Part shown: one piece after another, positions 11,621 to 24,870 of the stretch
Layout of the letters: each line of letters opens with the position of its first letter
Numbering within the stretch: the first letter of the stretch is position 1
NCBI GenBank assembly: GCA_013239625.1
Contig: MU053482.1
Location: forward strand, 471,168 to 535,167
Source of the DNA: Lama guanicoe
Lineage: Eukaryota
DNA length: 64,000 bases
Direction: 5' to 3'
Program-made: the position numbers and the translations under genes
Notes under the pieces: generated by a model
Database searches by the model: none
Seen by the model: only the letters and a program-made list of their open reading frames with translations
What the model was told of the DNA's origin: nothing

Positions 11621-14600
11621 TAATTGCTGTGACAACAAACCAAGTGTAAAAATGGCTCAAAAAGAGAGAAATTTATTTCTCACTCACGTGAAGTCCAGAA
11701 CAAGTGTTCCTAACTGGTGGGTGGCTCTCCTCTATGTGATGCTCATGCTCCTTCCATCTTTTGGCTCCATTATCTTCAGTGCGTAGCTTCCAAGGTCATG
11801 TGCTCAAATGCATCAAGTCGGCCAGAGTGGAAATAACATGGGGGACTGTGCATAGGAAAATTTAAGGACCCGAATCTAGGAAGTAGCACACATTAGTTCC
11901 ACTACCATCCAACTGGCTATATTCAAATGCATGGCCACACTTAAGTATCAGAGAGGCTGGGAAAGACTCCAGCTGATTTCCCAGGAAGAAGAAAATGGGT
12001 GTGAGGGATAGCTGGCAAGTCTCTGCCACAACATCCACATGCAAAAACCACTGTCTGTTTTGCCAAAGATACACAGGTCTCCAGGGACACACAACCATGC
12101 CACTGTGAGGGCACAGAGGTGCAGATCAGGAAGAAAGGAAACAGTAACAACAGGAGAGGGGCCTTCCATGAACCAGTCCTAACAGTGCCATGAACTTCAA
12201 GGTGGATTAACTCAATTCTCAGCATCAATCTACGCACGAACAAAGAGTGGGAGAAAAGTCAAGCAGCTGGGGTTGCCGGCAGTGCCACCCTAACCAGACT
12301 GACTTAAGTGTGACCTTAGTTTTTGCAGCTGTTCATCCTTCCTTGGCCTGTTCTCTAAGACTCCACGGACTTTCCGCTAATTCTGTGAGTAACTTGTTGA
12401 TATCCTTCCCAAAATTTCCCTTCTTAACCATTTTGTGACAGCCAAACTTGTGAAGTCACAGAGTGGATTTATTTTACCTATTGACCCTCCAGTCCTATGC
12501 TGAACTTTAACCACCACAGTAGGCATCCTTATTTTGTCCTTGGAACAGAAGTCAATGGGAATGCTACCACAGAAAGCCCAACATCTTAACCTGCCTCCAG
12601 CAGCAACTGCCAAGCAGCAGGAAGATGACCCTTACCTCCCAAATCTCAGACAAGTGCATCTAGCAGGAGGAACTTATTTTGTGCTCAGAACCCTAGCTGC
12701 AAGGATTTTTAATTTCTCCAGACAGCAAAGAATCTGAAGCAACCAAGCGAATGAAGTTTATTTTGGTGGATGAACACTACGGAATATCACACAGCTGACA
12801 GAAGCAACAATCTAGACATGTGAGCAGCCACAGAGATTACACTGGCTGTTTACCTATTTTCTCTCCACTCCTACACTCTCCACATCTCCCTCTGCAACAC
12901 ACCTCCCTCTCAGCCCCACAGACACACACTCTGGAGTTGTGCTGCTGCAGCTGTGACTCTGCCAACTGTGCCTCCCAGAATCCACTGCCAGGTGGTTCGT
13001 TAGGTTCTGCCAAAGGGATGCCATAGAGGGAAACTGAAAGTGAAAGCCGGGGGAGGGTCTTCACCCCCGTTTTCCAGGTGCTGTCACGTTACTTCAGCTG
13101 CAGACAGTTAGCTCCAGGTAGTAGCTTCCTCTGCGCTCAGCAGCAGCTTTGCTACACTTCTTAGAGATGATAGGCCAGCTCCCCCACGTGTCAGAGCCCA
13201 GTCAGACCTTGCTCCCCGCTGCCCCCGCAAGGCCATGTTCTTCCTCAGAAGTCCAAGCACCAGGTACGTGGAGGGAGCTTCCCCGATGAAGGTCTGGGTA
13301 ATATCAGTCAAAAGGGGCCCCTTCTCCGAGCTCCTAGTTCCTGGTAACCGTATCCCTTCTTCCCTTCTGTCTTCCCAGGCCTTAAGATGTTATCTGACCT
13401 CTCCAGTCATTAACTTTTAATTACATCAGCATCTTCTGACTCTTTCAGCCTTGTATCACTTGTAATCAATTCTCTGTTTAAATGCCTTCTGTTTGACATA
13501 CATAATGTGTGTAAAGGTAGGAAATCATCCACACACAAACTAGAAAGATTAAAAGACAAAAGTAGCAAAATCGTCTGCAGCCACAATAAGCAGTTAAGGC
13601 ATACACAAAACAACTGTAAAATATGGTATCAAAACCAGTGTTCCCATGACTGGGAGAGACCTTGTATTCATTCAGCATTACATTCTCTAGCAAGAGGCTT
13701 GCTACACTCAGAAACTTAGTCATCTCCATATGGCCACTGGGGTGGAGCCTGGGGCAGAGGCTTCTTGGGACAAAGTAACCTGAATCACTTTTGAAGGCTT
13801 GGAGCCCGCAGAGACATGGAGAGGCCAGAGTCAGGCTAGCTGGCGCGGGGCAGGGGAGAGGAGTCCGCTGCTAGCTGGGCTGCACTTTCGCTATTTGGCA
13901 GGACAAACATGGGAGTTTCCTGTGGGCTCCCAGAAAGGTAACCAGTCTTAAGGTGTTTGCTGAGACCCCTCCCAGGAGGGCCACCTGCCAGGCTGAGGCA
14001 CTTCAGCACTAGGAGGCTGTGTATGGACACATTGTCTGGGGCAGGCTCCGAGGAGCCAAGGGGAAGTGTGGGCCAAGTAGAAACCAAAGCCAGTTAGTGC
14101 CTAAGTCTCCATGGGGCACTCCAAATACCCCACACACTGAGCCAATATTAATGCCTGTCTCAGCTGAGCACTCTAATTCAATGAAACTAAACAAGAAGTT
14201 CAGACTTTTTGCCTCTAATACACGCCCCTATCCCAATCCTAAAAGTGACAGCAGTAAAGGAGTGGAAGAAATAGACCATGCAGGCTTCCAGACCCCACTG
14301 AGCTAGAAGGAGAACAGCTCTGAACTGGGTGAGTTGCTGGCAGGCCACTGAGATGTGGGAAGGGACGGGGGAGACAAATATGTTTAAAATGTTAATATTT
14401 TAGATCGGTCTCAGCCATGTTATAGGGATTAATGGAACATTTATAATGTAGGAGGACCTTTGAAGTAAAGCCAGAAAGACAGGGGCTGTGGCAATCTGTC
14501 AGACCCCTGAGAAGTGTAACAGTAAGCAGGGTGTCTCTGCTTAATCAGGAACATTTCATCGTGTGACTGTGAGAATCAAGAAGCCAAGAGAATCACACGG

Positions 14601-14750
14601 ACCTAATCGCTAATATCCTCGAATTCCTGAACCAACGCCAACAACCATCAGGTTTCTAGCTTCACGAGAGAAAAAAAATCTAATTTATTTAAGGTATCCT
14701 TTAGTGGGATTTTTTGGGGGGTGGGGGGGTCACAATTAAAATGTAGCTGA
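11620..14750. mobile_element. Cluster of old LTR fragments (MaLR MLT1-like and ERVL-like); individual boundaries not resolved
   Basis: MLT1-like strings (atttatttctcactcac, catggccacacttaag..gagaggctgggaaa) at 11650-12040 and LTR-like ends near 12400 and 14600-14740. Confidence 0.45.
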
Positions 14751-17700
14751 TAAGATCAGTATCCCAACTTCCTCATGCAAGCACTGTTTTCCCAATTAGG
14801 AGTCCGACTCACAGGACAGCTGGGAAGTGTTGACTGGCATCTGCTAAGAAAATTAAATGTCTGAAGCACCCTGAAGGAAACAAAGGGTTTTGTGATCAAG
14901 AGTAAGGTGGACAGGATATCCAGAGAAGATATACTACCCAGGGCACGGAATGCTAAGTGTTGTAACATTCCCCTAACTTAATGCAGTAAAGGTTTAGTCT
15001 GTGTTCAAAACAAACGTGGATGGTCTTGGTCAAGCAACTTTCCTCTAAGCACGACTCAATTAACCAGACTTCAACGCTCTGACTCCATCTTCAAAACACG
15101 TGCTTCAAGGTGACCCTGGAAGGCAGAGGAGGGGGTGGGAGACTCAGACATGGCTGGTCTGGAACTGAAACACCACTCCTACTTACTTTCCACTGGAGAG
15201 GATGACACACACAGCCCCGCCTGGACGCAAGGGGCTGGGAAATGTAGTTTCACTGCGTGTCCAGGAAAAGGATGTTTTGGTGAGTGTCTAGCCAGTTTCC
15301 ACACAAGGAAAGGATTCAGGTGTGAAGATCTGGAAGATGGAAGTGAGCTCACCAAGGAAAAAAGTATCCTGGGAAGATGGAGCAGTGTATATAACGGCCC
15401 AGAAGTCAAACAGCTTGGAACACTGGACGAAGGAAAAGAAAGCCTGTGTGGCTGGAGTTTCGTGAGGAAGGACCAGGTTAAGATGCAGTTGGAGGGAGGC
15501 CTGGGCAAGATCACACAGGGCCTGGGAAGGAGTCTGTCTTTTGTTCTCAGAGCAATGAGAATCCATTGAAGGATTTTAAGCGGAGAAGTGACATATCTGA
15601 TTTACATTTTAAAAAGCTCCCTTAGCCATGTGGAAAATGAATTGCTCTGGGGGCAGCAGTGGAAGCAACTGGACCAGTAAGGCATTACTGCAGTAGTCGG
15701 ATATCCTAGAACCAGGCGGCCAGCCTGGGAAGTCACCTGGGATGGAGGACAACCTAAGGGGAGGTCTCCGTGAAACTCTGTAAAGGGCTTTGTGCAATTA
15801 CGTAAGTGGCTGGGGGACTGGTGCTGAGCTGCGTCTCTGCCAAGACCTTGTTTCTTTGGGAACTGTGCTCCGAGGGCTGTGTCGCAGGAGCGAAAGCTGG
15901 AGCACACCAGCACTGCAGAGGCTAAAAACCTCTACAAGGGGTGCTAACGGAGCACGAGCACAGAGCGCGACCCGAACCCAACTCTGTTCTTGCCTCTCAC
16001 CACCCGCCAACCCTTTTTCATTTGGGGGGACTTGTCCCCTTTTGTGGAGAAAAGCTACAGTAAGCCTGCGACTTTCCAGCTCATTCGAAGCGCCCTGATG
16101 CTTTATGATCAGTTTAAGATACAAACCCAACCTCAAGTGATTACAGCGTCTAATCCTACGTAACAATAAATAATCCGCACATATTGTAGCCTTAACTATT
16201 TTCGCCTCCCAGCTCTGTCCCTGTCAAGGAGGCTGCTCTGGGGAGGGGAAGAATGACCTGTCCGTTCTCTGCTCTTCTCACCTGCTCTCCACCTAATAGC
16301 TGCTGATCGCTCTGGGTCCCACTGCAGAGGAGGAAGGGGATACAATAGTTCTTGCTTGACTGGGTGTTTCTGTGCCCTATGGGCCTCACAGACATTTAAA
16401 GGGGGGCATCTTGCTGTTTTCTGCAGTCCCCTTGTCCCTGGTGGGTGCAGCCTCATTCAGGGTGGTCTCCTGCAACTCCCTCCCCAGCCCACATGGTACA
16501 CTCCTAGCTTCTTTGTGCTGAGGTCTCCTTGCCTCTTCAAATGGTCCTACTGGACAGGACCCAGGACCACCCAACACCTCCCTCTCCGGCAAGGTGCACA
16601 GGATACACTCGTGCGTGGCTCGCCACGGCAAGTTCTGGGACTGCAGGCCAACGCTAAAGCAGCAGCACTGCCCCAGCTCCACCACTGAAAGTTGGTGAGC
16701 CTCTGCATTTCCAGGTGTTAGACACTGAAGCCTGGGCATGGACTTGAACAAGCACTTGTCCTGAAGCTGATGATGCAGCAGAGAGGACCCAGACTCAGGG
16801 CAGTCCTGCTTGCAGAATTGATGGAAGCGCTTGCAGGGGCTGGGCTGGGTTAGGGGGAGCTGGGGGCCTGAGTCAGACCCAGAAAGATATTTACTCAGGT
16901 GGCCAGGGTCAGAATAGGCAACAAAAGACTCCAAATTAAATTATAAGTAAGGGAGGAAAGCAAAAGAGGGAGGCAGGCCGACCCCAGCCATTCTGCTGAG
17001 CCTGGTAAGAAAATAGGGAAAATTAATCAAGATCTAGTAATATAAATAACATGTGGGAAACAGATTCGGAGCTATAAAAGGTGATGTGTGTCCTACAGTG
17101 AGAGAGATGCCCCGCTACTCCAACACATTCCTCAGACTTCATGGCTTGCCTCCCAGCGACCTCTGGAGCTGCCGCAATAGTTCTCTCCCCAGTAATGCCC
17201 AGTGAATCCCGACAAGCTGGAGAGGACTGTCAGGGTATTTCATCTTGGCTGCCTGGCAGCCTGCTCCACTCCCTAGGCTCACATCACCCCCAGAACGGAA
17301 GCCTCTCTAACAGGCTGTGTGAATCCTCTGCCCTTCTGAAATTCCTGCTATCCAGCCTCTCCCACTGTTTGCCTGCAGATCTCCTGGGTCTGTCCCCTTC
17401 TTCAAGAGGTTGGCACCTGTCCCATGCCAACATCTACCATCACCCTGGAGAACTTCAAAGTCCACGAAGACAACCCTTCCTCATACCTGAGCCCTGGGGT
17501 ATTAACCAATTTCCAGGCAACCTCCCTTGCCTGCCCCTCAAGCACTCGCCCCTATAACTACACCTTAAACTTTGCCATCGCCTGGAGCTGCTCGGCTTCC
17601 AGTATTAATTATTCAAGGACTTCCATTTCTGACCACAGCCTCCCATCCTCCCAGGTTACTTGTTCAGTTACTCTTAGTGCATCAACCTACTCCTGTCTTC

Positions 17701-19409
17701 ACTCCACTCACCTGTTCTACAAAATTCCATGGTCCCGCAGAGCTGTCACTAGCGAATGGTCTGAAACCCCTTTGCTTGATTTCATTTCAATTGCGTGGCA
17801 AGGTTCCAACTCTGGATGATCCCTTAGTACTCACTTTCTTCCACAGCTACACCTAGACTCCTGAGAAGGCAGAGATAACCACACCATCTGGGCTGCCTGG
17901 TACAACTAAAAACTCACGAATACCACCACCATACATTCTAACAGGCCCTCCACATTCTGCAGCAATCCTCTCCCCGCTGCAATCTGACTTCTCCCTCATC
18001 TTAATAAACCTTTCAACAACATTTGACAGACAACCTCCCCGCTCTTTCCATATTAAAAAAATCCACTCTCCTGGTTTTATTCCTTCATCTCTGGCCCAAC
18101 CTTCTCATCTTGTCACCTTTACTGGTTTGTTTTCCTTTACCCATCCATTAAATGCTCCTCAGAGTTCTATTCTTAGCCATTTTCTCTTCTCTCATTTTAC
18201 TCTGGATATCTTTCTCTTTCCATAACTTGAATTACCTCCTCCAGGCTGCCAAGCTTACGTCCCACTTCCAAACAAACATCTAGGTCCCTAAAACCCAACC
18301 TTTTGAATGGTATCATCAACCCAGCCAGTGGCTCAAGCCAGAAATCCGAGACTCGCTTCAGATTCCTTTCACTCAGCCTGAATGTCTCACCAGTTCCACC
18401 TACTGAAGTTCTCATCTGCCTGCTCCCCCATCGTCACTAGTCCACAGTGTCCTCATCATGTGCCCAAAGCCTGGGTTCCTGCAACACCACTGCTTCTCAT
18501 AGGTTCCACTCAGCTGGAGCCTCTCATCCTTATCACCTCCCTAGATGAAGCTCAAGTGACCGCTCTGGGAACACAATGGTTAAGTATGAGTTGAGAAGAC
18601 TGTAGCCTAACACACAATCACTGCACAGCATTTAAATGCTGAAGTTGCACTCTTCATGGAGTGCTTTGAGGGTTCGGATGAAGAAGTCAGTTCTGCTTTG
18701 GGAGTAATGGAGTAGGAATCAACGAGGCTGTGTGGAAGGATGAGTATGACTTTGCCAGTGAGACGAGCGTTCAGCAGAGAGGAGCATGTGCAAAGGTACT
18801 GAGCACGACCTGCTGAATGGTTCACAGCCCAGCCTCCAAACATGCCCTCCGCCTCCAGCCTGCCTCAAAACATCCATCTCCTTAACTGGAGGCACCCAAC
18901 TGGCCCAGAGCTCTGGAACCATGTCCCAGTGGTCACTCTCAGCTCTTGTTCTTTGAAATAGGTAGAACAGGCTGCATTTATATACCTGGCCCTTGGCAGA
19001 TGCCTTCTAGAAGAGGCCGAGGACCTATCATCCTAGTTCATCTTCTCCCAGCATTAGCTTTCCCTGCCCAGAGCTTTCCCAGCACATGCTGATCTGGGCC
19101 CAGTGCAAGGCAGCAACAACAGGCAGACCCTTCTGCCGACGAGCAGCTCAGTCCCCACCCCAAACGGCAACAACCAGCTGTCATTTACGAAGAGACTCAG
19201 CTCCCACACAAACCCCCTCCAAGAACAGCTCAGAATCTGTCAAGAATCTCTAAATATCCTATAAAATAAGCCTGTTGAAAGGCTATCTTCAGCTCTCTCA
19301 CAGTTTTTCTCAGTCAACATATTCATTCTTCATCCTTCAACCCCTAACCCTGCCTGGGGAAGGTCTTTAGAAAACAGCAACGCTTACAACATACAACAGC
19401 CAGTTACAG

Positions 19410-19415
19410 TTTATT
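19410..19415 (-). terminator. Candidate RRP8 polyadenylation signal
   Basis: First canonical minus-strand AATAAA I found downstream of the RRP8 stop (about 820 nt); a non-canonical proximal site is possible. Confidence 0.35.
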
Positions 19416-20238
19416 ACGTACCTCCTATGGACCCAGCTACAGGCGTCCTCAGTTACCCCACACAACAATCCCATGAGACAGGAATCCTCTCATCTTCCAA
19501 GTGAGGACTGTGACATTCAGAGATTAAATGACAATAGGTGGCAGACCTACCTGATCCAAAGTCTGTGCTCCCAGCGAGAGAAACACCAGGGCCCCACAGG
19601 ACAACAGGTACTAGGAGCAGTTTGGGCCATGTGGCTCCAAAGAAGATGAGGACCAGGGGAAAGAAGTGCTCGGTACAGTACAGGGACAATCAACCACCCT
19701 GACTTAGAAGCCCAGACTGATGTACTCAGCCAGGATGTTAGGGGGCTACCAGTTGCCCCAGAGCCAAGAAGCAATGCCTGCCCGAGGCCTTAAAGACCTA
19801 GACAGACCAAAGCTGTAGAAGCTAAGGGTCAGCAGGAGCTGGTCTGCAGACAGGAAAAGCAGAAGAGAGGAGAGTGGAGATACTAGGACAGAAAGTCCAT
19901 GTGGCTCCTGAGAGATTAAAAAGAGGAGCCAAACCCAGAGATGCCTTGAATTTCAAACCATGTGGTTTCCACGACACCTAGGGGATCCGTAATTCCCAGA
20001 TACTCCTGCATTCTCCAATAAACTCCTCATTCTTTAGCTAGCCCAAGTGACTTTACGCTTCTTGCAACCAAGAAGCCTCAATCAGAGCAGGGCTGAGCCA
20101 GAGGTTTCATTTCATTTTGTTCCTGGGGCACAGTAAGGGTGGTACCAGGTCCTGGGGCACAGCCTGGCTGGATACAGTCTTCAGATACTGAACCTGGAGT
20201 TCAAGACTTGCCTCCTCTTTCAAGAGGGGGTCCAGATG

Positions 20239-23200
20239 TCACCTGCGCTTGTACAGACAAGGCTGAAGCTTCAGGCCTGAGAGTTGCGCCTTGGGCCCTA
20301 CTCGAGGGGCACCAGTCTTTTGAAAGTCAAACAAGAAGAAGTGGCTGTTGGTCAGGTCCTAGGGGCAGAAAAGACCAAAGTGAGCACTAAATCCTCACCC
20401 CAGCCCCTCAAAACACCTCTGTCTATGTCCCATCCCTGCTCAGAAAGCTTCCCAGGGCTCTCCCATAAGCTGGGCCTTTAAGGAGCAAATGCCTGTGTCT
20501 GACTATGACCTCCTTCCTGCACACCGTTACCCCAGAGGGCCACACCTCAGACAAAAACAGAGTCAGACTTCTAAGGGCCCTCACCTTGGAGATGACTTTG
20601 AAGCCTAGTTTGGTGACAGCTCCCAGAAAGTTACGAACATCTTCAAAGCGACTGCTGACCTCCGCCACTTTCAGGAGACCTCTAAGAAGGAGGAAAAGTT
20701 CTAGGTAAATACACAGCACACATATGTACACATATACATGCATCTGTGTCCTACGGGCTCCTACCCTGGCTTCAACACTCGATTTGCCTCCTCTAGGAAG
20801 TCTCTGATGTTGGTTCCCATCAGTGAGAGGCAGAACACAGCCACATCTACAGACTCATCCTCTAGAGGCACCTGTGGAGAGTGGGAGTGTTGTATAAAGC
20901 AAGCAATACAGGGAGGAGAAAGCAAGCACCGCATGCTAGGAGTGGACACAAGGATGGGGGGTGGGCCGGGCGTGTTAGAGATTAGCATGTGGAGTTTGGG
21001 CCTAGAGCACGGGCCAGATACATGGAAGGAGAGAGGGGTTTACCTGGGCCATGTCACACACAGTGACCCTGGGGTCCAAAGAGGCCAAGTCAAAGCAATG
21101 CACAGGGTTCCGGATACTCGAAGCCAGGCGGCAGTCCCCACAGCCAAAGTCAGCCACTACCAGGGATGCAGGCCTGGGAGTGGATGGGAGGATCGTTCAT
21201 TGGTCTGGTCTGAGCCCAGGACTGATCTACTTTGCTTCTCACCATGCCCCACCCCTACTCACCGCTGGCGAAGATCCCTGGCGATGCGGTCCACAGGCTG
21301 CAGTGGCCACTTCTTGACTTGGCTCTGGAAGCCACGATGGTAGAGGAGAAAAGCCTCAGGGTCTTCCTGGAAGAGGCGCTGCGCAGCACTGCTGGGCCCT
21401 GAGTACAGCTGTTCATTGAGGTAGCGGAAGCGGGCGCCGTCCAGGCGCTGGGCCATGCGGGCTCGCAGAGCCTCCGCCCGGGCTCCGTGGCTATCCCGAC
21501 TGGGGACAGGAGGCACCTCGGTCTGCGCAGTGGGGCCTGTGGCTGGGGCCAGGGCTGGGGCCTGCTCTGGTGGCTGGGGTGGCCGGAACTTGTTCTTCTG
21601 CCTGCGCTTGTTCTTCTGCCGGTTCCGCCACTGCTTGCGACTCAAGGTCCGGGGAGGTTGAGTGGAAGGGGTCTCAGGGCTTGGTTTGGTGGAGTCACTT
21701 GTCGCACTAGAATTCCAGGCTTTGAGACCTGCAGGGAGGGGGATGGGAAGGCATATTTAGGGCAAGAGCCTCTGAATTCAGAGACTGAGCAAGTCATCCT
21801 GGCTGCATCCCTGTCCTTGAGACAGAGACTGTGGCCTGGATCAAAGTACTTAGTCCCTAATCCTAAACCTAACGGGGGCAGATAACCTGTCATGCATAGG
21901 ATCAGCAGATCCCCCTCCCTGTCCCACATTCACATACACATCCACTAATACCTGTTTGGTCAACACTGTCCAGGTGTTGGGCAGGATTTGAGGGGGCCTG
22001 TTTCCAGCGTTTCCTCTTTCTCTTCTCTCCTTCAGCAGAGTCACTGCCAAGAGGAGCACCTCTGTGGCACTTCTTCCTTTCCACCTCCTCTTCCTCAGAG
22101 TCACTGTTGGGGGGGCCCTGTTTTTGACGTTTGGTCTTCCTTTTCTCCTCTATTTCAGTAGAATCACTGGCAAACAAGGCCTTTTTTGGGCGTTTCTTCT
22201 TCCTTTCTACCACCTCCTCCTCCTCAGAGTCACTGCCAGGCAGGCTAGGGGGCTGTTGGGGAAGAGATGCTGCCTCCAGGGCCCGTAAGGTGGCCAAGAG
22301 CTTGCGGCGCTTGGAGCCCTGGAGGGAAACACAGGATGAGAGCAGGGGTGAGGAGAATGGATGCACCCTGAAGAATCACAAGGGAGAGATGGGGACCTGA
22401 TTCAAATACTGATTGGAGGCATCTGGATTATTCTCAGTCAGCTAGCTTGTCCTGAAGCCTGCCAGACCGTGAATAACTTTCAAGTTGCTATCCCAACCTT
22501 TGGGAGGCTGCAGGGCAGAGAAATCACCCACCCTACTTTCTTCACTATGCAGACAAGGTAATGGGGTTCCCCAGAGAAACGTGGTAAGGCCACAGCAACA
22601 GGACCAAGGCCAGCAACCAGGAGGTTCAAGCCTCAGTCTCAGGCTTTTGCCTCCAGCTGATACCTTTCTATCAAGATAGGGAGGTTTCTGAAAACAAGAG
22701 AGACAGGATCACAGATGTGTGTTTTAAAGATGCCTCTAACAAAACAAACTAACAAATACAACCAAAAAGAAACAGACTTACAGATAGTAAGAACAAGTTA
22801 GTGGTTACTAGCGGGGAGAGGGGAGGGGGGCTAGACAAGGGCAGGGGATTAAAAGGTACAAACTATTATGTACAAAATAAATAAGCTTTAAGGATGAATT
22901 ATAGAACACAGCGAATATAACCAAATATACAATTACTACTATTTTGTAGTAACTATAAATGGAATATAACGTTTAAAAAATTTTGAATCTCTATGTTGTA
23001 TACTTGCAACTTATGTAATATTGTACATCAACTATACTTCAAAAAAATAAAAATAAAAGATGTCTTAAGCTGTAGTGCAAAGAACAAACTGAAAGGCGTA
23101 AGCTGTAGACAGAGGCCAGTGGATTATAGAACGGGTTGAGTGGCTGAAGAGGAGGGGATATAAAGCAGGCAGATTCCACGCTGGAGGCTGACTGAAGAGC

Positions 23201-23900
23201 AGAAGAGCCTGGGCAAGTGGAGCAGCCCTCACATCCTCAGAGGTTTTAAAGGAGAGAAGGTCTACAGCCTGGGAAGCCATCCTGGGTTGAAGTCCTACTG
23301 AACGGTCCAGGGCCAGGCACTTACCTTGGACGTTCTCAGTACCCACTGAGCACCACCTCCCTTTGAAAGGTAGTACTGATAACCCTTTATTCTCATTCAT
23401 TCTCACTCGCTCCAATCTCCACACAGCCATCAGTGACCTTTTCAAAATGCAAAGGTAAAGAAATTATTCCCCTGCTAAAACACTCTCTATCCTTAATATA
23501 CGCAAAACTTCTACCGCTCCAACTTCTCTCTCTGTGTGTCTTCCAACCACGCGGGTTATTTCGTATGTGTGACCCTAGCTGGACGTGCTTTTCCTATCCA
23601 AGAAACCTTAATTGCTTGACTCACTTCTACTCACCAGTTCTGAGTTCCAAGGTCGGGTTTTTTGTTTGTTTGTTTTTCTTTTTGGACGTTCCCGGGTCTC
23701 AGCCGTCCGCGGGCGCCCTGCTCCCCCTGATACACACCCGGCGCGCCCCAGCCCTAGGACCCACCAGGGTCCACTCCAAGTGCCCCTGCGGGGCCGCTCA
23801 CCTTGATTTGCGAGGCTGCCGTGAGCCGAGGCCGTGACACTACAGGCCGGAGGTCCGTGACTGCTGGGGCCTCCTCGGCCCACTCGGGCTCCTCGAACAT
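20239..23900 (-). CDS. RRP8: Ribosomal RNA-processing protein 8 / nucleomethylin (SAM-dependent rRNA methyltransferase), 461 aa. Coding exons: 23802-23900, 21952-22318, 21263-21728, 21044-21173, 20765-20871, 20585-20681, 20239-20358
   Basis: Spliced translation [10 protein letters not shown]...[19 protein letters not shown]...[15 protein letters not shown]...[13 protein letters not shown] (SAM-binding motif I)...FCLSLMGTN...LQPCLYKRR*. All introns GT-AG, phases consistent, total 1386 nt. Confidence 0.97.
22738..23056 (+). mobile_element. 5'-truncated LINE-1 3' UTR in RRP8 intron 1
   Basis: acagacttacagatagtaagaacaagttagtggttac...ttgtacatcaactatacttcaaaaaaataaa; imperfect TSD AAAGATGCCT / AAAGATGTCT. 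Confidence 0.8.
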
Positions 23901-24870
23901 GCGGCTGGCGAGGTCGAGGTCGCGGGGTCGGCGCGCCTCTCCACGTGCGGAGCGCAGTCTCCCGGAGTCAGAGCCGGCAGAGGCGCCACAAGAGGGCCGG
24001 AAACCAAAGAGTGAAAGCTACAGAGCTAGAGCAGCCGGCGCGGCGCCAAAAACCATCGAGTTTCGACACTGGTGGGCTAGAAGGGCAGGGAGGCAGGGAG
24101 GGGTGGAGGGCGGGGGGAAGGAGGCCCGCTCTGGCCAGTGAGGGCCAGGGGCGGGGCCGGGCGGCGGGCGCGGCCGGACGGGAGTTCCCCCGAGAAGGCT
24201 CCTCCAGCCGAGTGCCGGTGAGTGCGGGAGCACCCGTGCCCCCTCCCCAAGGCTCGAGCCCCACCAAGCCACCACCCCTTACGCTGCCTACTCCGTTCCA
24301 AGTCGAGAACGAGGGCCACCCCCGGGAAGGACCTCCGATCGCCTCCCCCAGGGTATAAGGAGCCTGAACCCCCCTCCCCCCAGCTCCGTTCGCGGGAAGG
24401 GTCCCTGTTCTTGCTCTTTGACCTCGCTAAAGGAGATACTACCTCCTAATCACCCCCTACCTCGCCCGACCCGCCTTTCCCTCGCGTCCGGGGTACACAG
24501 TCTGGGATCATCCCGCGGCCCCCTAATTCCTTCCAGAACTCCAGTAGCCGGGGACGCAGCGCCCAGACCCCACCTCAGCACAAACACTTCGCTCCTGTAG
24601 GGGACAAAGCTTAGGGCTCACCCGGTTTTCCTTGGATCCTTCCACAGTCCCCACGCGTCCCCAGTCTAGGGGACTCAGCGCCGGGACGCTGCTATGGACG
24701 ACATTTTCACTCAGTGCCGGGAGGGCAACGCGGTTGCCGTCCGCCTGTGGCTGGACAACACGGAGAACGACCTCAACCAGGGGTGAGCTGAGGTGGCTGG
24801 TGGGTGAGAGGAACGGCAAAGACATGGTCTCCGCGATGTGGGGTGCTCACGTCGGGTGCGGGCGGCTGAT
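23690..24870. promoter_or_regulatory. CpG island / bidirectional promoter shared by RRP8 and ILK
   Basis: High CpG density and GC boxes (GGGGCGGGG near 24147). RRP8 ATG at 23900 (-) and ILK exon 1 at about 24130-24217 (+) diverge. Confidence 0.85.
24130..24217 (+). other. ILK: Probable non-coding first exon of ILK (5' boundary approximate); second exon starts at 24601
   Basis: GC-rich segment ending in strong donor CCG|GTGAGT at 24217/24218. Acceptor ctcctgtag at 24599-24600 precedes the ATG-containing exon. Confidence 0.65.

Noticed and set aside
20738..21343. 201-aa + strand ORF over RRP8
   Set aside because: Antisense to RRP8 exons 3-5; no recognisable protein features.
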